64,000 nucleotides of DNA. Origin: Patescibacteria group bacterium (GTDB taxonomy: Bacteria; Patescibacteriota; UBA1384; JBAYJO01). The stretch spans positions 20,004 through 84,003 of the forward strand of contig JBAYJO010000004.1 in assembly GCA_041665085.1 (NCBI GenBank), in the 5' to 3' direction. The first letter of the stretch is position 1. Every line of letters starts with the position of its first letter. Made by a program: the position numbers and the translations under genes. Under the pieces are notes generated by a model. It was not told where the DNA came from. It ran no database searches and saw only the letters and a list, made by a program, of their open reading frames with translations. Shown here in pieces: positions 51,641-61,383 of this stretch.

Positions 51641-51906
51641 TAATTTATATTATAAAATATAAAAGTAAAAAATTTCCTAATTTTAATGGATAAGAAATGA
51701 GAGAAAATCATTGGAGTGTAATAAATGCTGAGCTAGAGACTCTCCTCATTATTAAAAAATTAAGCTGAAATGAATCAATAAAATGAGAAGAAAATTGATA
51801 AACACAAGTTAGCTGAAATTACACTAAAGCTATAGAAAAGATAATTTACTAATACAAAAAGCCCACGGATCACTTCGAAGGCCTTGTAGAATTGCGAGGT
51901 TGAAGA

Positions 51907-52356
51907 TCAACCTCTACGACATCTTGTAGCTGTGACTTTGGTCTTTGTGCCAGCTTCAGCTTGAGATTCAGCTGATAACGCCTTGCTTGCAGCAATAAGG
52001 TCATCGAGCTTATTGCGAGAAGTGAACACTGGTATCCACTTGACTCTCAATATCTTCAACACAAATGCCGCTTGTTTATTGGAAGACAACAAAGCAATAT
52101 AGACTTCTTTGTCCTTTGCTTTTTCCGTTGCCGCCGCTAAAATAGCGACTCCAAAATGATCCAAGTATGAGACCTGATTCAGATCGATTACTATGTAATC
52201 GCCACTCATTGCTCATTGGACTTTCTGAAGCAATCGCGATCTGATCAAAGTGAGGTCGGGATTAGTCTTGATGATCTCACCTTTCCACAAGACCAATAGT
52301 TCCTTACCTGTAAAAAGCAAGGGGTTGTTCATTACCTTTTTTCAAGACTTGTTCAT
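51907..52356 (-). pseudogene. STAS (anti-sigma antagonist)-like gene interrupted by two in-frame TGA codons
   Basis: MNKS*KKVMNNPLLFTGKELLVLWKGEII..LLQKVQ*AMSGDYIVIDLNQVSYLDHFGVAIL in one frame; SD upstream of 52356. Confidence 0.6.
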
Positions 52357-52603
52357 TGCTCCCATCCTTATCTGTCAACAACTAACGATAGTGTTGGAGA
52401 CTGTACTTGTCTAAAAATCAGACAAGGCAATCCCCAAAGCATTTGATAATGTACGACTACAATTTATCATATTTTAAGTTAAAAAAAATACTCATTAATA
52501 CTTTTTGATACTTAATTAAAATTGAGTTATTGTTACTTTAGTTTTAGAATGTAAATAATTATAAATAAAATTAATTGGCTTTAAAATATATTAAGGAAAT
52601 AAT

Positions 52604-53521
52604 ATGTATGAATACAAAAAACCAACTCCAATAATCATTAAATTAACTGATGAAGAAGGAATTAGATTAAGACAACAAGCATGCGATTATATTTCTAGCA
52701 ATCAAAACAAAAAAGGAGCTGAAAGAGGAAGCAAGGATCAACAAGGTTTTGGTGCGTTAGCAGAAATGGTTATTAGAAATCAATTAGGAATGGCTGAAAT
52801 CAATGATTCCACGCATCCACTATCATATGATATTTTGCTGTCCGGAAAAATTAAAGCAGATGTTAAATGTCGAGGAGGTGCGCTCCCATTCAAGGAAGAA
52901 TATATTGGTGGAGATGGATTTCCAAGAGAAGCGAAACACAATTTATTTGCTCGACAAATTTTTGATGAAAATTTGGATACCGATATTTATATAATGACTC
53001 ATTTAGAACACCCTAAAAATAGTGAACTCCCAGGAACCAAAAGACAAAAGAAATGGATTCTTTACATCTGTGGATGGGTGTCAAAAGAAAGAGCAAAAAA
53101 TGAGGGAGTATTTTTACCACGAGGATCATTAACAGAACAAGGTAACAAGTGGTTCCCGTATCGAGGACAAGAAATTGAGTATTATCATAAAAATCTCAAC
53201 GGGCTTGAAAAAATAGTTGATTTATTAAAAATTGATGAAGCTGATGTTCAGAAAGATAGAAATAAAATTGGTGATTTAAATTTAACTTCTGTTGATGCCC
53301 TTAGAATTACTTTTGATTTAGTAGGCAGGGGAATATTAGATAAAAAATATATCGATTTTATTAAAAGTATTACAAATTTATCAGAAACAGTCAGACCAAT
53401 ATTACACATAAATCAATATTTTCATCTTTTAAAATGGCTTGAGGAGAAAAATCAGATAGGAGTCGATGAGTCGAAAAAATTAAGCAAAATAATCGAAGAA
53501 ATACCTTATAGTGGGATTTAA
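52604..53521 (+). CDS. Putative type II restriction endonuclease
   Basis: GALAE..YDILL..ADVKC PD-(D/E)xK-like motif; convergent with and overlapping an MTase. Confidence 0.65.
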   Translation: MYEYKKPTPIIIKLTDEEGIRLRQQACDYISSNQNKKGAERGSKDQQGFGALAEMVIRNQLGMAEINDSTHPLSYDILLSGKIKADVKCRGGALPFKEEYIGGDGFPREAKHNLFARQIFDENLDTDIYIMTHLEHPKNSELPGTKRQKKWILYICGWVSKERAKNEGVFLPRGSLTEQGNKWFPYRGQEIEYYHKNLNGLEKIVDLLKIDEADVQKDRNKIGDLNLTSVDALRITFDLVGRGILDKKYIDFIKSITNLSETVRPILHINQYFHLLKWLEEKNQIGVDESKKLSKIIEEIPYSGI

Positions 53522-54543
53522 TTAACCAGTCTCATGGAATTTATTTGCGATTGTTCAAGTGCTTTAGTAATTCTGTTATTACAAATATCAATATAATCTA
53601 CTTTTTTTTGTTTATGTAAATAAGTTTCTTGGTTTTTCTCAATTCCAATAAATTTTCTACCTTCCAAAATGGCTGAGACCAAAAAACTTCCACTGCCGCA
53701 AGCATTATCAAGAACAATTTCATTACCATTTGTAAATGTTTTGATTAAATATCGTCCAAGTTCAATTGGTTTTTGTGTTGGATGAAAAACTTCTCCTTCA
53801 CTTTCCGCCGTTTTAAAATAAACAACATCATTGGGATATCTGTCGCCACTGCTTTTAACTTCGACGGAGCCAAAATCACCATAACTACCTGTAAGCTGAT
53901 TCTTTCTGTATCCCTTATTAAACGGTAGCCCCGGAGTCATTTGAGGATTATATTTGGGTTGTTTTTTATAAAAAATACATATATCCTCATGTTTTCTCAA
54001 AGGTTGTTTTTTAGCATTTAAAAAATTTGTTGCCTTTGATTTTACCCAGACTAATTTATATTTAAATAGTGCAGTATTGGAAAGTATAAGTTTTGCAGTG
54101 AAAATACCTTGAGAAGTTAGCACAATAGCTCCACGATCTTTAATAATTCTTTCATATTGAGCCCAAAGCTTATCTAAAGGAATAACGCTGTCCCAATTAT
54201 TTTGAGTCGTTCCATAAGGAAGATCACACAATATCATATCAACCGAATTATTTGGCAACAATGGTAAGACATCAAGACAATCGCCTTGAAAAACATGATT
54301 TAAAAAATAATCAATTTTGTTCTGATAAACAAAATCGTTTTTTACATTAATAATTTGAGAATTTGCAAAATTTTCCCCTTCGATAAAATCAAGAATACTA
54401 TTACCCTTAAATCGACGAAGATTATTTATTTTAAGCGAAGGTATCTTATTTTCTGCTATATATCGTCTAATAGTGCCATCGGAAACTTTTAAATAATTCG
54501 CAATCTCATCAACTGTATATAATTTATCTTTAATAATTTCCAT
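53518..54543 (-). CDS. N6A/N4C DNA methyltransferase (beta class) fused to an N-terminal excisionase-like HTH
   Basis: YTVDEIANYLKVSDGTIRR; GDCL, DLPYG, HPTQKP, DNACGSGS. Confidence 0.92.
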   Translation of the reverse strand: MEIIKDKLYTVDEIANYLKVSDGTIRRYIAENKIPSLKINNLRRFKGNSILDFIEGENFANSQIINVKNDFVYQNKIDYFLNHVFQGDCLDVLPLLPNNSVDMILCDLPYGTTQNNWDSVIPLDKLWAQYERIIKDRGAIVLTSQGIFTAKLILSNTALFKYKLVWVKSKATNFLNAKKQPLRKHEDICIFYKKQPKYNPQMTPGLPFNKGYRKNQLTGSYGDFGSVEVKSSGDRYPNDVVYFKTAESEGEVFHPTQKPIELGRYLIKTFTNGNEIVLDNACGSGSFLVSAILEGRKFIGIEKNQETYLHKQKKVDYIDICNNRITKALEQSQINSMRLVN

Positions 54544-54635
54544 AACCCCTCATTGTACTAATTTATATTAATATGTATCATCTTATGCTATTATATAACA
54601 TATTCATTACAATATATATTATAACACGTTGATAA

Positions 54636-54694
54636 ATACGAACAAGAACCGAACTTATCCACATCTGGTACTTTCCTAAAAATCATGATATAAT
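54636..54694 (+). promoter_or_regulatory. Second GAAC-N7-GAAC + DnaA box + promoter (ABC-F/helicase operon)
   Basis: GAAC 54640/54651, TTATCCACA 54655-54663, TGGTAC-17-TATAAT with TG. Confidence 0.65.
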
Positions 54695-54740
54695 AATACA
54701 AGTGGCGTAAATCGCGCCTTTTTAAATTAGCCCAAAATAT

Positions 54741-56186
54741 ATGAATGAAGAAGTAGTATTACGATTTGACGAAGTATATTTCGAATATCAACACAACAAA
54801 CCTATTTTAAATGAGGCTAGTTTTAGTGTCCGAAAAAGCGCAAAAATTACTCTAATGGGACAAAATGGTGCAGGCAAAAGTTCACTATTTGCTCTGATCC
54901 GAGGCGATATAAAACCAAAATCAGGAAAAATATCAATTACTAATGATGCTACAATTGCCACTGCTCGCCAAGTCATGTCGCGCGAAGATGCGAAATTAAC
55001 TATCACAGATTATTTTGCCAATGCATTCGATAAGGTTCCCGCTGATTTAGCCAGTAAGATTCATAAAGTTATGACAGCAGTAAACCTAATTATGCCAACC
55101 AATAGAATTATTGGCACCCTTTCCGGCGGAGAACAAGCAAGAATGTTGCTGGCATTTGCCTTGATTCAAGATTCGGACATTTTATTACTTGATGAGCCAA
55201 CAAATAATTTAGATAAAACCGGCATCGATCATCTGATAACATTTTTGGTAATGTACGACAAAACAGTGATCGTAATTTCTCACGACGCTGATTTTTTAAA
55301 TTGCTTTACCGAAGGAGTTATTTATCTTGATGATTTTACTCATAAAATAGAAAAATATGTAGGCGATTATTACTCTGTAGTTGAAGAAATTGCAGCCCGA
55401 GTCGAACGCGAACAAAGAAAAAACGCACAACTTAAACGAGCAATTATTGATCGTAAAGAAAAAGTAAATTTTTTCGCCAATAAAGGTGGAAAAATGCGAA
55501 AATTGGCCAGAAAACTTAAAGATGAAACCGAAGAGCTTGAAGAAAACATGGTGGATGTGAGGCGCGAAGATAAAACCATCAGGAGCTTTGATATTCCTGT
55601 TCAAGATATTTTTGGCGATATAGTAAAAATTGACAAAGTAACTTTTTTCAAAAATGGCAAACAAGTCGAAAATCGAATTGAAAAAATAATTCACAAACAA
55701 AATCATCTATTAGTTGCCGGACCAAATGGTGCCGGTAAGAGCACTTTTTTGCGTTCGCTAGTAGCTGGAAGTAACAAAAATGCAAAAATTTTAAATGAAG
55801 TAAGAGTTGGTTATTATAGCCAAGACTTTTCTAATCTTGATTTTAATCAAACAGTTTTCGATTGTCTCATGAGCGCAATAGTTGATGACACGGATATCCA
55901 AACTATGCGTTCAGTTGCAGCCGGTTTTTTAATAACAGGGGATTTGATGGGACAAAAAGTAGGAAGTCTGTCTGAAGGACAAAAAGGATTATTATCTTTT
56001 GCTCGTTTGGTTATTATGGAACCCGGACTTTTAATATTAGATGAACCAACCAATCACATAAATTTTCGACATTTACCAATAATCGCCAAAGCAATTAGTG
56101 AATATAAAGGTGCAATGATTATGGTTAGCCATATGCCAGATTTTGTCGAGCAAATAAAATTTGATGAATACATCGACCTATTTTAA
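54741..56186 (+). CDS. ABC-F family ATPase
   Basis: Two NBDs (GQNGAGKS/LSGGE/DEPTN; GPNGAGKS/LSEGQ/DEPTN), no TM segments. Confidence 0.92.
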   Translation: MNEEVVLRFDEVYFEYQHNKPILNEASFSVRKSAKITLMGQNGAGKSSLFALIRGDIKPKSGKISITNDATIATARQVMSREDAKLTITDYFANAFDKVPADLASKIHKVMTAVNLIMPTNRIIGTLSGGEQARMLLAFALIQDSDILLLDEPTNNLDKTGIDHLITFLVMYDKTVIVISHDADFLNCFTEGVIYLDDFTHKIEKYVGDYYSVVEEIAARVEREQRKNAQLKRAIIDRKEKVNFFANKGGKMRKLARKLKDETEELEENMVDVRREDKTIRSFDIPVQDIFGDIVKIDKVTFFKNGKQVENRIEKIIHKQNHLLVAGPNGAGKSTFLRSLVAGSNKNAKILNEVRVGYYSQDFSNLDFNQTVFDCLMSAIVDDTDIQTMRSVAAGFLITGDLMGQKVGSLSEGQKGLLSFARLVIMEPGLLILDEPTNHINFRHLPIIAKAISEYKGAMIMVSHMPDFVEQIKFDEYIDLF

Positions 56187-56219
56187 TAAAACAATTTGTA
56201 TTTATGTCATAATAAAAAT

Positions 56220-57920
56220 ATGAATCAATCTCAAGCACTCAAAATTTTAAAAACCGGTGCCAATGTATTTCTCACAGGAGAGCCGGGAAGCGGTAAAACT
56301 TATGTAATCAATCAATATGTAGCCTATTTAAATTCCCATGCTATTAAAACCGCTGTTACAGCTTCAACCGGTATCGCAGCGACGCATATCGGCGGAATGA
56401 CAATTCATTCATGGAGTGGAATCGGAATAAAAAATAGTTTAAATAATGCCGAACTGCAAAATATTGCAGCAATTGATTATGTTAAAAAACGAGTTGAGTC
56501 AGCAAAAGTACTAATAATTGATGAAATTTCAATGTTGCCGCCTCAAACTTTGCAAATGATTGATTTGATTTGTAGAGAAATAAAAAAGAATCCGCAACCA
56601 TTTGGAAATATGCAAGTCGTTCTGGTTGGAGATTTTTTCCAACTCCCACCAATTGTAAAAAATATTAGAAATGACTTTTCTCAAGAAAATTTATTTGAGG
56701 AAAAACCACATCGATTTGCATGCGATTCTCCTGTCTGGAAACAGGCGGAATTTGTAACTTGTTATATCACCGAACAGTACCGTCAAGATGACAAAAAATT
56801 ACTTTCAATATTATCTAAAATAAGAAGTAATAGTTTTGATAAATCATCACTTGATCATATTCAAGAAAGAAAATCTGATCCACTAAAAATTCCACATGAT
56901 GCACCAAAACTTTTTTCTCACAATATTGATGTTGATAAAGTAAATGATCAAATGTTAGCTGAAATACCGAAAGAAGCAAAATTTTTTCCAATGACCACAA
57001 AAGGACATGAATCATTAATAAATGCCATGAAAAAAGGATGTCTGTCACCGGTTAATTTATTCTTAAAAATAAGCGCATCTGTTATGTTTACAAAAAACAA
57101 TCCCAAAGAGGGATTTGTAAATGGCACGCTTGGAATAGTAGATGGTTTTAAAACTGACACAGGTTTGCCAATAGTAAAAATTCGAAATGGACGCAAAATA
57201 ACCGTTTCGCCGGCAGAATGGATTGTAGAAGAAGATGGAAAAATAAAAGGTAGACTAAGTCAAATTCCGCTTCGACTAGCTTGGGCCATCACTGTGCACA
57301 AAAGCCAAGGAATCAGCTTAGATGAAGCAGTGATTGATTTATCGAAAGTATTTGAATATGGACAAGGTTATGTCGCGATCTCAAGAGTAAAAAGACTTTC
57401 CGGTGTTTATATTCTTGGCTGGAATAAGATGGCTTTTGAAGTAGATCCGGAAGTACTTGAAAAAGATAAAGAATTTCGCATTGATTCATCAAAAGCTGAA
57501 AAAATATTTTCTACTTTTACTGATGTTGAATTAGAAAAAATGCAAAATGATTTTATAACTCGTTCAGATGGAGAAATAAATCTGACTAAAAAAATTAAAC
57601 AAAATAAAATTCCAAAACCATCGACACTCGACAAGACGCTTAATCTTTGGGAAGAGGGGAATGAAATCAAACAAATTGCCATAAGTCGAAATTTAAGTGA
57701 AAATACTATCTTGGATCATATCGAAGAATTGGTTAAATTTAAAAAAATAAAACCGAATGAACTCACACGGATCATACCGACGAAAATCTTACGAGATTTA
57801 CCAAAAATCCATTCTGCTTTTTTAGTACTAGATACAAATAAATTAGCTCCGATATTTGAATATTTCAAAGGAAAATATTCTTATAGAGATCTAAAACTAT
57901 CAAGAATGATGATAAAATAG
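56220..57920 (+). CDS. Pif1-family SF1B helicase with C-terminal HTH
   Basis: TGEPGSGKT, TIHSW, IDEISM, GDFFQLPP, PLRLAWAITVHKSQG, GQGYVAISR. Confidence 0.92.
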   Translation: MNQSQALKILKTGANVFLTGEPGSGKTYVINQYVAYLNSHAIKTAVTASTGIAATHIGGMTIHSWSGIGIKNSLNNAELQNIAAIDYVKKRVESAKVLIIDEISMLPPQTLQMIDLICREIKKNPQPFGNMQVVLVGDFFQLPPIVKNIRNDFSQENLFEEKPHRFACDSPVWKQAEFVTCYITEQYRQDDKKLLSILSKIRSNSFDKSSLDHIQERKSDPLKIPHDAPKLFSHNIDVDKVNDQMLAEIPKEAKFFPMTTKGHESLINAMKKGCLSPVNLFLKISASVMFTKNNPKEGFVNGTLGIVDGFKTDTGLPIVKIRNGRKITVSPAEWIVEEDGKIKGRLSQIPLRLAWAITVHKSQGISLDEAVIDLSKVFEYGQGYVAISRVKRLSGVYILGWNKMAFEVDPEVLEKDKEFRIDSSKAEKIFSTFTDVELEKMQNDFITRSDGEINLTKKIKQNKIPKPSTLDKTLNLWEEGNEIKQIAISRNLSENTILDHIEELVKFKKIKPNELTRIIPTKILRDLPKIHSAFLVLDTNKLAPIFEYFKGKYSYRDLKLSRMMIK

Positions 57921-57933
57921 TTTAATTTTTATA

Positions 57934-58155
57934 TTATTTTTTTTCTTTACTTTCAATCTCTTCAAATAGTTGCATTATTTCATTAGACTGGCGCAGATTG
58001 AGAATAATATTTTCTTGATTTTGCTGACGTAATATTTTTAATAATTCAGACTTTTCCTCGTCTGTCATTTCAGGAATTAAAATTTCCCAATTACTTTTTT
58101 CTTTATCGGAAAAATTGGAGGCTCTTAAAATATCAACTAATTCTTTATCAATCAT
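57934..58155 (-). CDS. Small helical hypothetical protein
   Basis: Start moved to MIDKEL after SD AGGAG; overlaps the upstream gene end. Confidence 0.6.
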   Translation of the reverse strand: MIDKELVDILRASNFSDKEKSNWEILIPEMTDEEKSELLKILRQQNQENIILNLRQSNEIMQLFEEIESKEKK

Positions 58156-59758
58156 TTGTACTCCTGAATTTATAACCCTCTTCTGGCAAATTTTGTTCAA
58201 TAGAGAGTTTTATTGCCGCCAAGATAGTATTTCGACTGCCGTCATATAATGACCAATCTTTTTGTCCGATTTTTATTGATTCATCGCGTACCAATTCATT
58301 ATGAATAATATTTAATTTAAGATTGTTATAATTTTCGGAATTATTAGTTAATTTTTTAACTAAATGAATCGGAATATTATTATCACTAGCAATATTTAAC
58401 AAAATTTGATTAGCAGCTTCTGTCGATAAATCTTCAAATTTACCATGAGAAGTGTCTATTTCAAAATCGGTTTTAGAAATTTCAACTGGTTGCGCGTGAT
58501 CGCCCCAAGTCTTAGGGCCGACTGTATACGGCACATCCGATTTGGACTTAGAAAAAGTTTCATTAACCTTTTGAACTTCATTTTTAATTTTTATATCTTT
58601 GTTTTCTGGAGCAGGCAAGACACTGACTGATTGACCAGTTCCTTCATTTGAACTACGCAAAGGATTATAATATAAATTTTCTTCTGATACTTTGTTTGAA
58701 ATCGAAGTTGGCGATGAAATTGAAGATCCATCAACAGCTTCTTTTGCTATTTGACCGCCTACAAAAAGTGCCGGCACAGAAGCAAGAGCAAGCCCAAGTG
58801 CGCCAATTGCTTTTTTAATATTTGGATTTGCGTTCATAGTATTACGAACTCGAAAGGAAATTTTTGTAAATAAAGAATAACGCGGCACAATTTGTTGTTT
58901 TTTTAGCTCTTCTCGCTCTTTCTTGTGTCCGCCTCGCAAATCATCAAAATTAAGTCTACCGGCTTCATTTACACCATATTCATTTAAATAATCTCCAACG
59001 CTATTTTCTAATTTTTGTCTATTTGCTTCTGCTTCAGCATGTTGCTCTTCAACCATTGTATTGATAAATTGTTCTGTAATTGCGTCGAAATCCTTAGCGC
59101 GAACACGAACCAAATCTTGCTGTTTTTCTTGGATTTGATTTGTGAATTCTTTCCTTTTTCCGGACAAAATGTTAAATAATTCAATTGCCTTTTCGCAGCG
59201 GGCAGTTGTTGTTTTATTTCCTTGATAATATTCATCAATTTCAGATTTAAGTCGATTTAATCTCATCTCCAAATTACCCAGCTTACCAGCAGAGCTTAAA
59301 ACACTAGTTCTTTTTTCCTTAACCAATTCAGCTTTATATTGATAAGCAGAATTAAGTTCGGCTTGCAAAACATTTGCTTCAGCATTTAGAAGCATTATTT
59401 CTTCTTCTGTTGTTGCCGCTCTTAATTTAAGTTTTTCGAGTTCATTATTTAATAATTCTATTCGCAAATCGACAGCTTGCGTGTTTATACTATCTGACAT
59501 TTCCAAATCAATTTCAGATGGTGCAATGCCAGCACGGTAAGCCACAGATGAAGCTGGCAAAGTACCAATTGAATCGTGGATTTGATTTGAAAATTCACAA
59601 ATAGAATTATCCCCGTCAAGAGATAATTCAATATTTTTAATTTTACCGTAAAGCACTTCCAAAGATTTAGCTTTGTCGTCAATTTCAACCCTTTTTGCAG
59701 CAAGTGAAGCCTCGTGATTTAAAGTTTCATTTAGTGATTGGTTAAATTCTGCTTCCAT
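58148..59758 (-). CDS. Coiled-coil single-TM hypothetical protein
   Basis: Long heptad-rich N-terminal part, TM AIGALGLALASVPALFVGG; likely start MEAEF. Confidence 0.7.
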   Translation of the reverse strand: MEAEFNQSLNETLNHEASLAAKRVEIDDKAKSLEVLYGKIKNIELSLDGDNSICEFSNQIHDSIGTLPASSVAYRAGIAPSEIDLEMSDSINTQAVDLRIELLNNELEKLKLRAATTEEEIMLLNAEANVLQAELNSAYQYKAELVKEKRTSVLSSAGKLGNLEMRLNRLKSEIDEYYQGNKTTTARCEKAIELFNILSGKRKEFTNQIQEKQQDLVRVRAKDFDAITEQFINTMVEEQHAEAEANRQKLENSVGDYLNEYGVNEAGRLNFDDLRGGHKKEREELKKQQIVPRYSLFTKISFRVRNTMNANPNIKKAIGALGLALASVPALFVGGQIAKEAVDGSSISSPTSISNKVSEENLYYNPLRSSNEGTGQSVSVLPAPENKDIKIKNEVQKVNETFSKSKSDVPYTVGPKTWGDHAQPVEISKTDFEIDTSHGKFEDLSTEAANQILLNIASDNNIPIHLVKKLTNNSENYNNLKLNIIHNELVRDESIKIGQKDWSLYDGSRNTILAAIKLSIEQNLPEEGYKFRSTND

Positions 59759-59880
59759 ATTTTTCCTATAATTTACTTTTTTTAAATATAACATATAAAT
59801 TGATATACGCGAATAAATATGGTCATATTTTCACAAATAAGTTAAAATAATAATATAAAATAATATTTGGAGGATTAAAT

Positions 59881-60042
59881 ATGTCCATTGTAGAAGAGTC
59901 GGAATTCAAGGGAAACCCAATGATTGTATTAAAAAATAGCCAAGATGATAAATTTCCATTTCAATTCGGAGTAAAAAAAGCCCAACTTGTCTTAGAAAAC
60001 ATTGAGGAAATAAAAAAATTCGTTGAAAAGTATAATAAATAA
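59881..60042 (+). CDS. Small hypothetical protein (53 aa, below ORF cutoff)
   Basis: SD GGAGG; MSIVEESEFKGNPMIVLKNSQDDKFPFQFGVKKAQLVLENIEEIKKFVEKYNK; followed by a terminator. Confidence 0.75.
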   Translation: MSIVEESEFKGNPMIVLKNSQDDKFPFQFGVKKAQLVLENIEEIKKFVEKYNK

Positions 60043-60070
60043 ATTAGTATTCATTTAAAACATAGATCTC

Positions 60071-60102
60071 ACCAAAATCCCACCTCATAGGTGGATTTTG
60101 GT
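60071..60102 (+). terminator. Hairpin terminator
   Basis: ACCAAAATCC(C)ACCT-CAT-AGGTGGATTTTGGT. Confidence 0.7.
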
Positions 60103-60130
60103 TATATAGAATTAGTAGTATAATTAAATC

Positions 60131-60802
60131 ATGAATCTAAAAACGATTTTCAAATATATTATAAAAATAATTATATTTTGCATCGTCGTATTTATAATTG
60201 TACTAATAATAAAATCACTTAAGCCGCAGCAACCAAATACAATTCCCCAAAATGCCATTACAATGGAATTTCCACTCAAAAACGGGAGATATCTTATTAA
60301 CTTCAATGGTCCTAGTCAAAGTATTTTTTCTGAACCAATTCATCAATCACAGGCTGAAAAATACGCCCTTGATATAACAAAAGATACAAATATTAAAGAT
60401 TTGATTTCTGTTATTCTAACTCATAAATTTAAAAACAATTCCACTTTTGGAACCCCGATTTACAGTCCGTGTGTTGGAAACATCAAAGAAGCAAAAAACG
60501 ACCAAGTGGATCTTCCTATTGGAACAAGAGATAAAAAAAATGCATCAGGAAATCATGTTGTGCTAGGATGTTATCAATTTGATGTAGTTTTAGCTCATAT
60601 GAAACAAGGTTCAGTTGCAGTTAAAACCGGCCAAATGGTAAAAATAGGAGATCTTTTAGGCGAAATCGGCAATAGTGGTAATACAGGAGCTCCACATTTA
60701 CATATTGCCGCAACAAAAACATATGATAAGGATAAAATCATGCCTTTGCCAATAGTTTTTAATGGTCGATATTTATTGTCCGGAGATGTAATTGACAATT
60801 AA
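60131..60802 (+). CDS. M23-family metallopeptidase, membrane anchored
   Basis: YALD, GNHV, AHM, GNSGNTGAPHLH. Confidence 0.88.
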   Translation: MNLKTIFKYIIKIIIFCIVVFIIVLIIKSLKPQQPNTIPQNAITMEFPLKNGRYLINFNGPSQSIFSEPIHQSQAEKYALDITKDTNIKDLISVILTHKFKNNSTFGTPIYSPCVGNIKEAKNDQVDLPIGTRDKKNASGNHVVLGCYQFDVVLAHMKQGSVAVKTGQMVKIGDLLGEIGNSGNTGAPHLHIAATKTYDKDKIMPLPIVFNGRYLLSGDVIDN

Positions 60803-60814
60803 AAAGGAGCTAAA

Positions 60815-61066
60815 ATGAAATTTTACTCACCTAAAAGATTAAAAATATCCCTCATAATATCTACAATTTATATAATATATATATTCAATTTCGAACCATC
60901 ACTTTCAAATACTGTAAGTAGTCGCAGTATTTTCAGGCAAATATTTGATTATGCGTTAAATATTGTAATAGTAACATTTGCATTATATATAGTATTATCG
61001 GTTATTGCATATTTATATTCTATAATTTTTAAAAAAAATACTAAGCAAAACGAAAGGCCGGCTTAA
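60815..61066 (+). CDS. Small 2-TM membrane protein
   Basis: SD AAGGAG; two hydrophobic segments. Confidence 0.6.
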   Translation: MKFYSPKRLKISLIISTIYIIYIFNFEPSLSNTVSSRSIFRQIFDYALNIVIVTFALYIVLSVIAYLYSIIFKKNTKQNERPA

Positions 61067-61074
61067 CGCCGGCC
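61056..61074. terminator. GC hairpin between convergent genes
   Basis: GGCCGGC-TTAAC-GCCGGCC. Confidence 0.65.
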
Positions 61075-61080
61075 CAGAGT

Positions 61081-61383
61081 CTACTGCTTTCCTGCAACTG
61101 CACAGGCAAGCTTCTTTTTCTTGTGAACACTCTCACGATCGATCGGAATACGCCTCGGTGCCTCGAGACCCAATCGAGCGCTGTCCTTGAATGTTTCGAT
61201 GAGCATGATGTCGACATCACCATCGGCGACACTAATAACATGGTGACTATCGATATCGACTTCGAATTCGGACCCATCCAAACTCATCAGCGCAGAGAGG
61301 CAATTCGATCTAAGAACAACAAGTCTTTTTTCCTCCCTGCCGATTGCAACATACTCGCCAATCCTAACATAAAGCACTAGCAC
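61081..61383 (-). CDS. CsrA/RsmA-like RNA-binding protein with internal insertion
   Basis: MLVLYVRIGEYVAIG ... DVDIMLIETFKDSARLGLEAPRRIPIDRESVH; SD AAGGAGG; GTG start. Confidence 0.65.
   Translation of the reverse strand: MLVLYVRIGEYVAIGREEKRLVVLRSNCLSALMSLDGSEFEVDIDSHHVISVADGDVDIMLIETFKDSARLGLEAPRRIPIDRESVHKKKKLACAVAGKQ

Noticed and set aside
51686-51836. Possible decayed gene remnant after the kinase-like ORF
   Set aside because: Only short broken frames with no identifiable similarity; cannot be supported
37926-54664. Prophage or IS as the carrier of the accessory region
   Set aside because: No integrase, transposase, terminase or structural genes recognised
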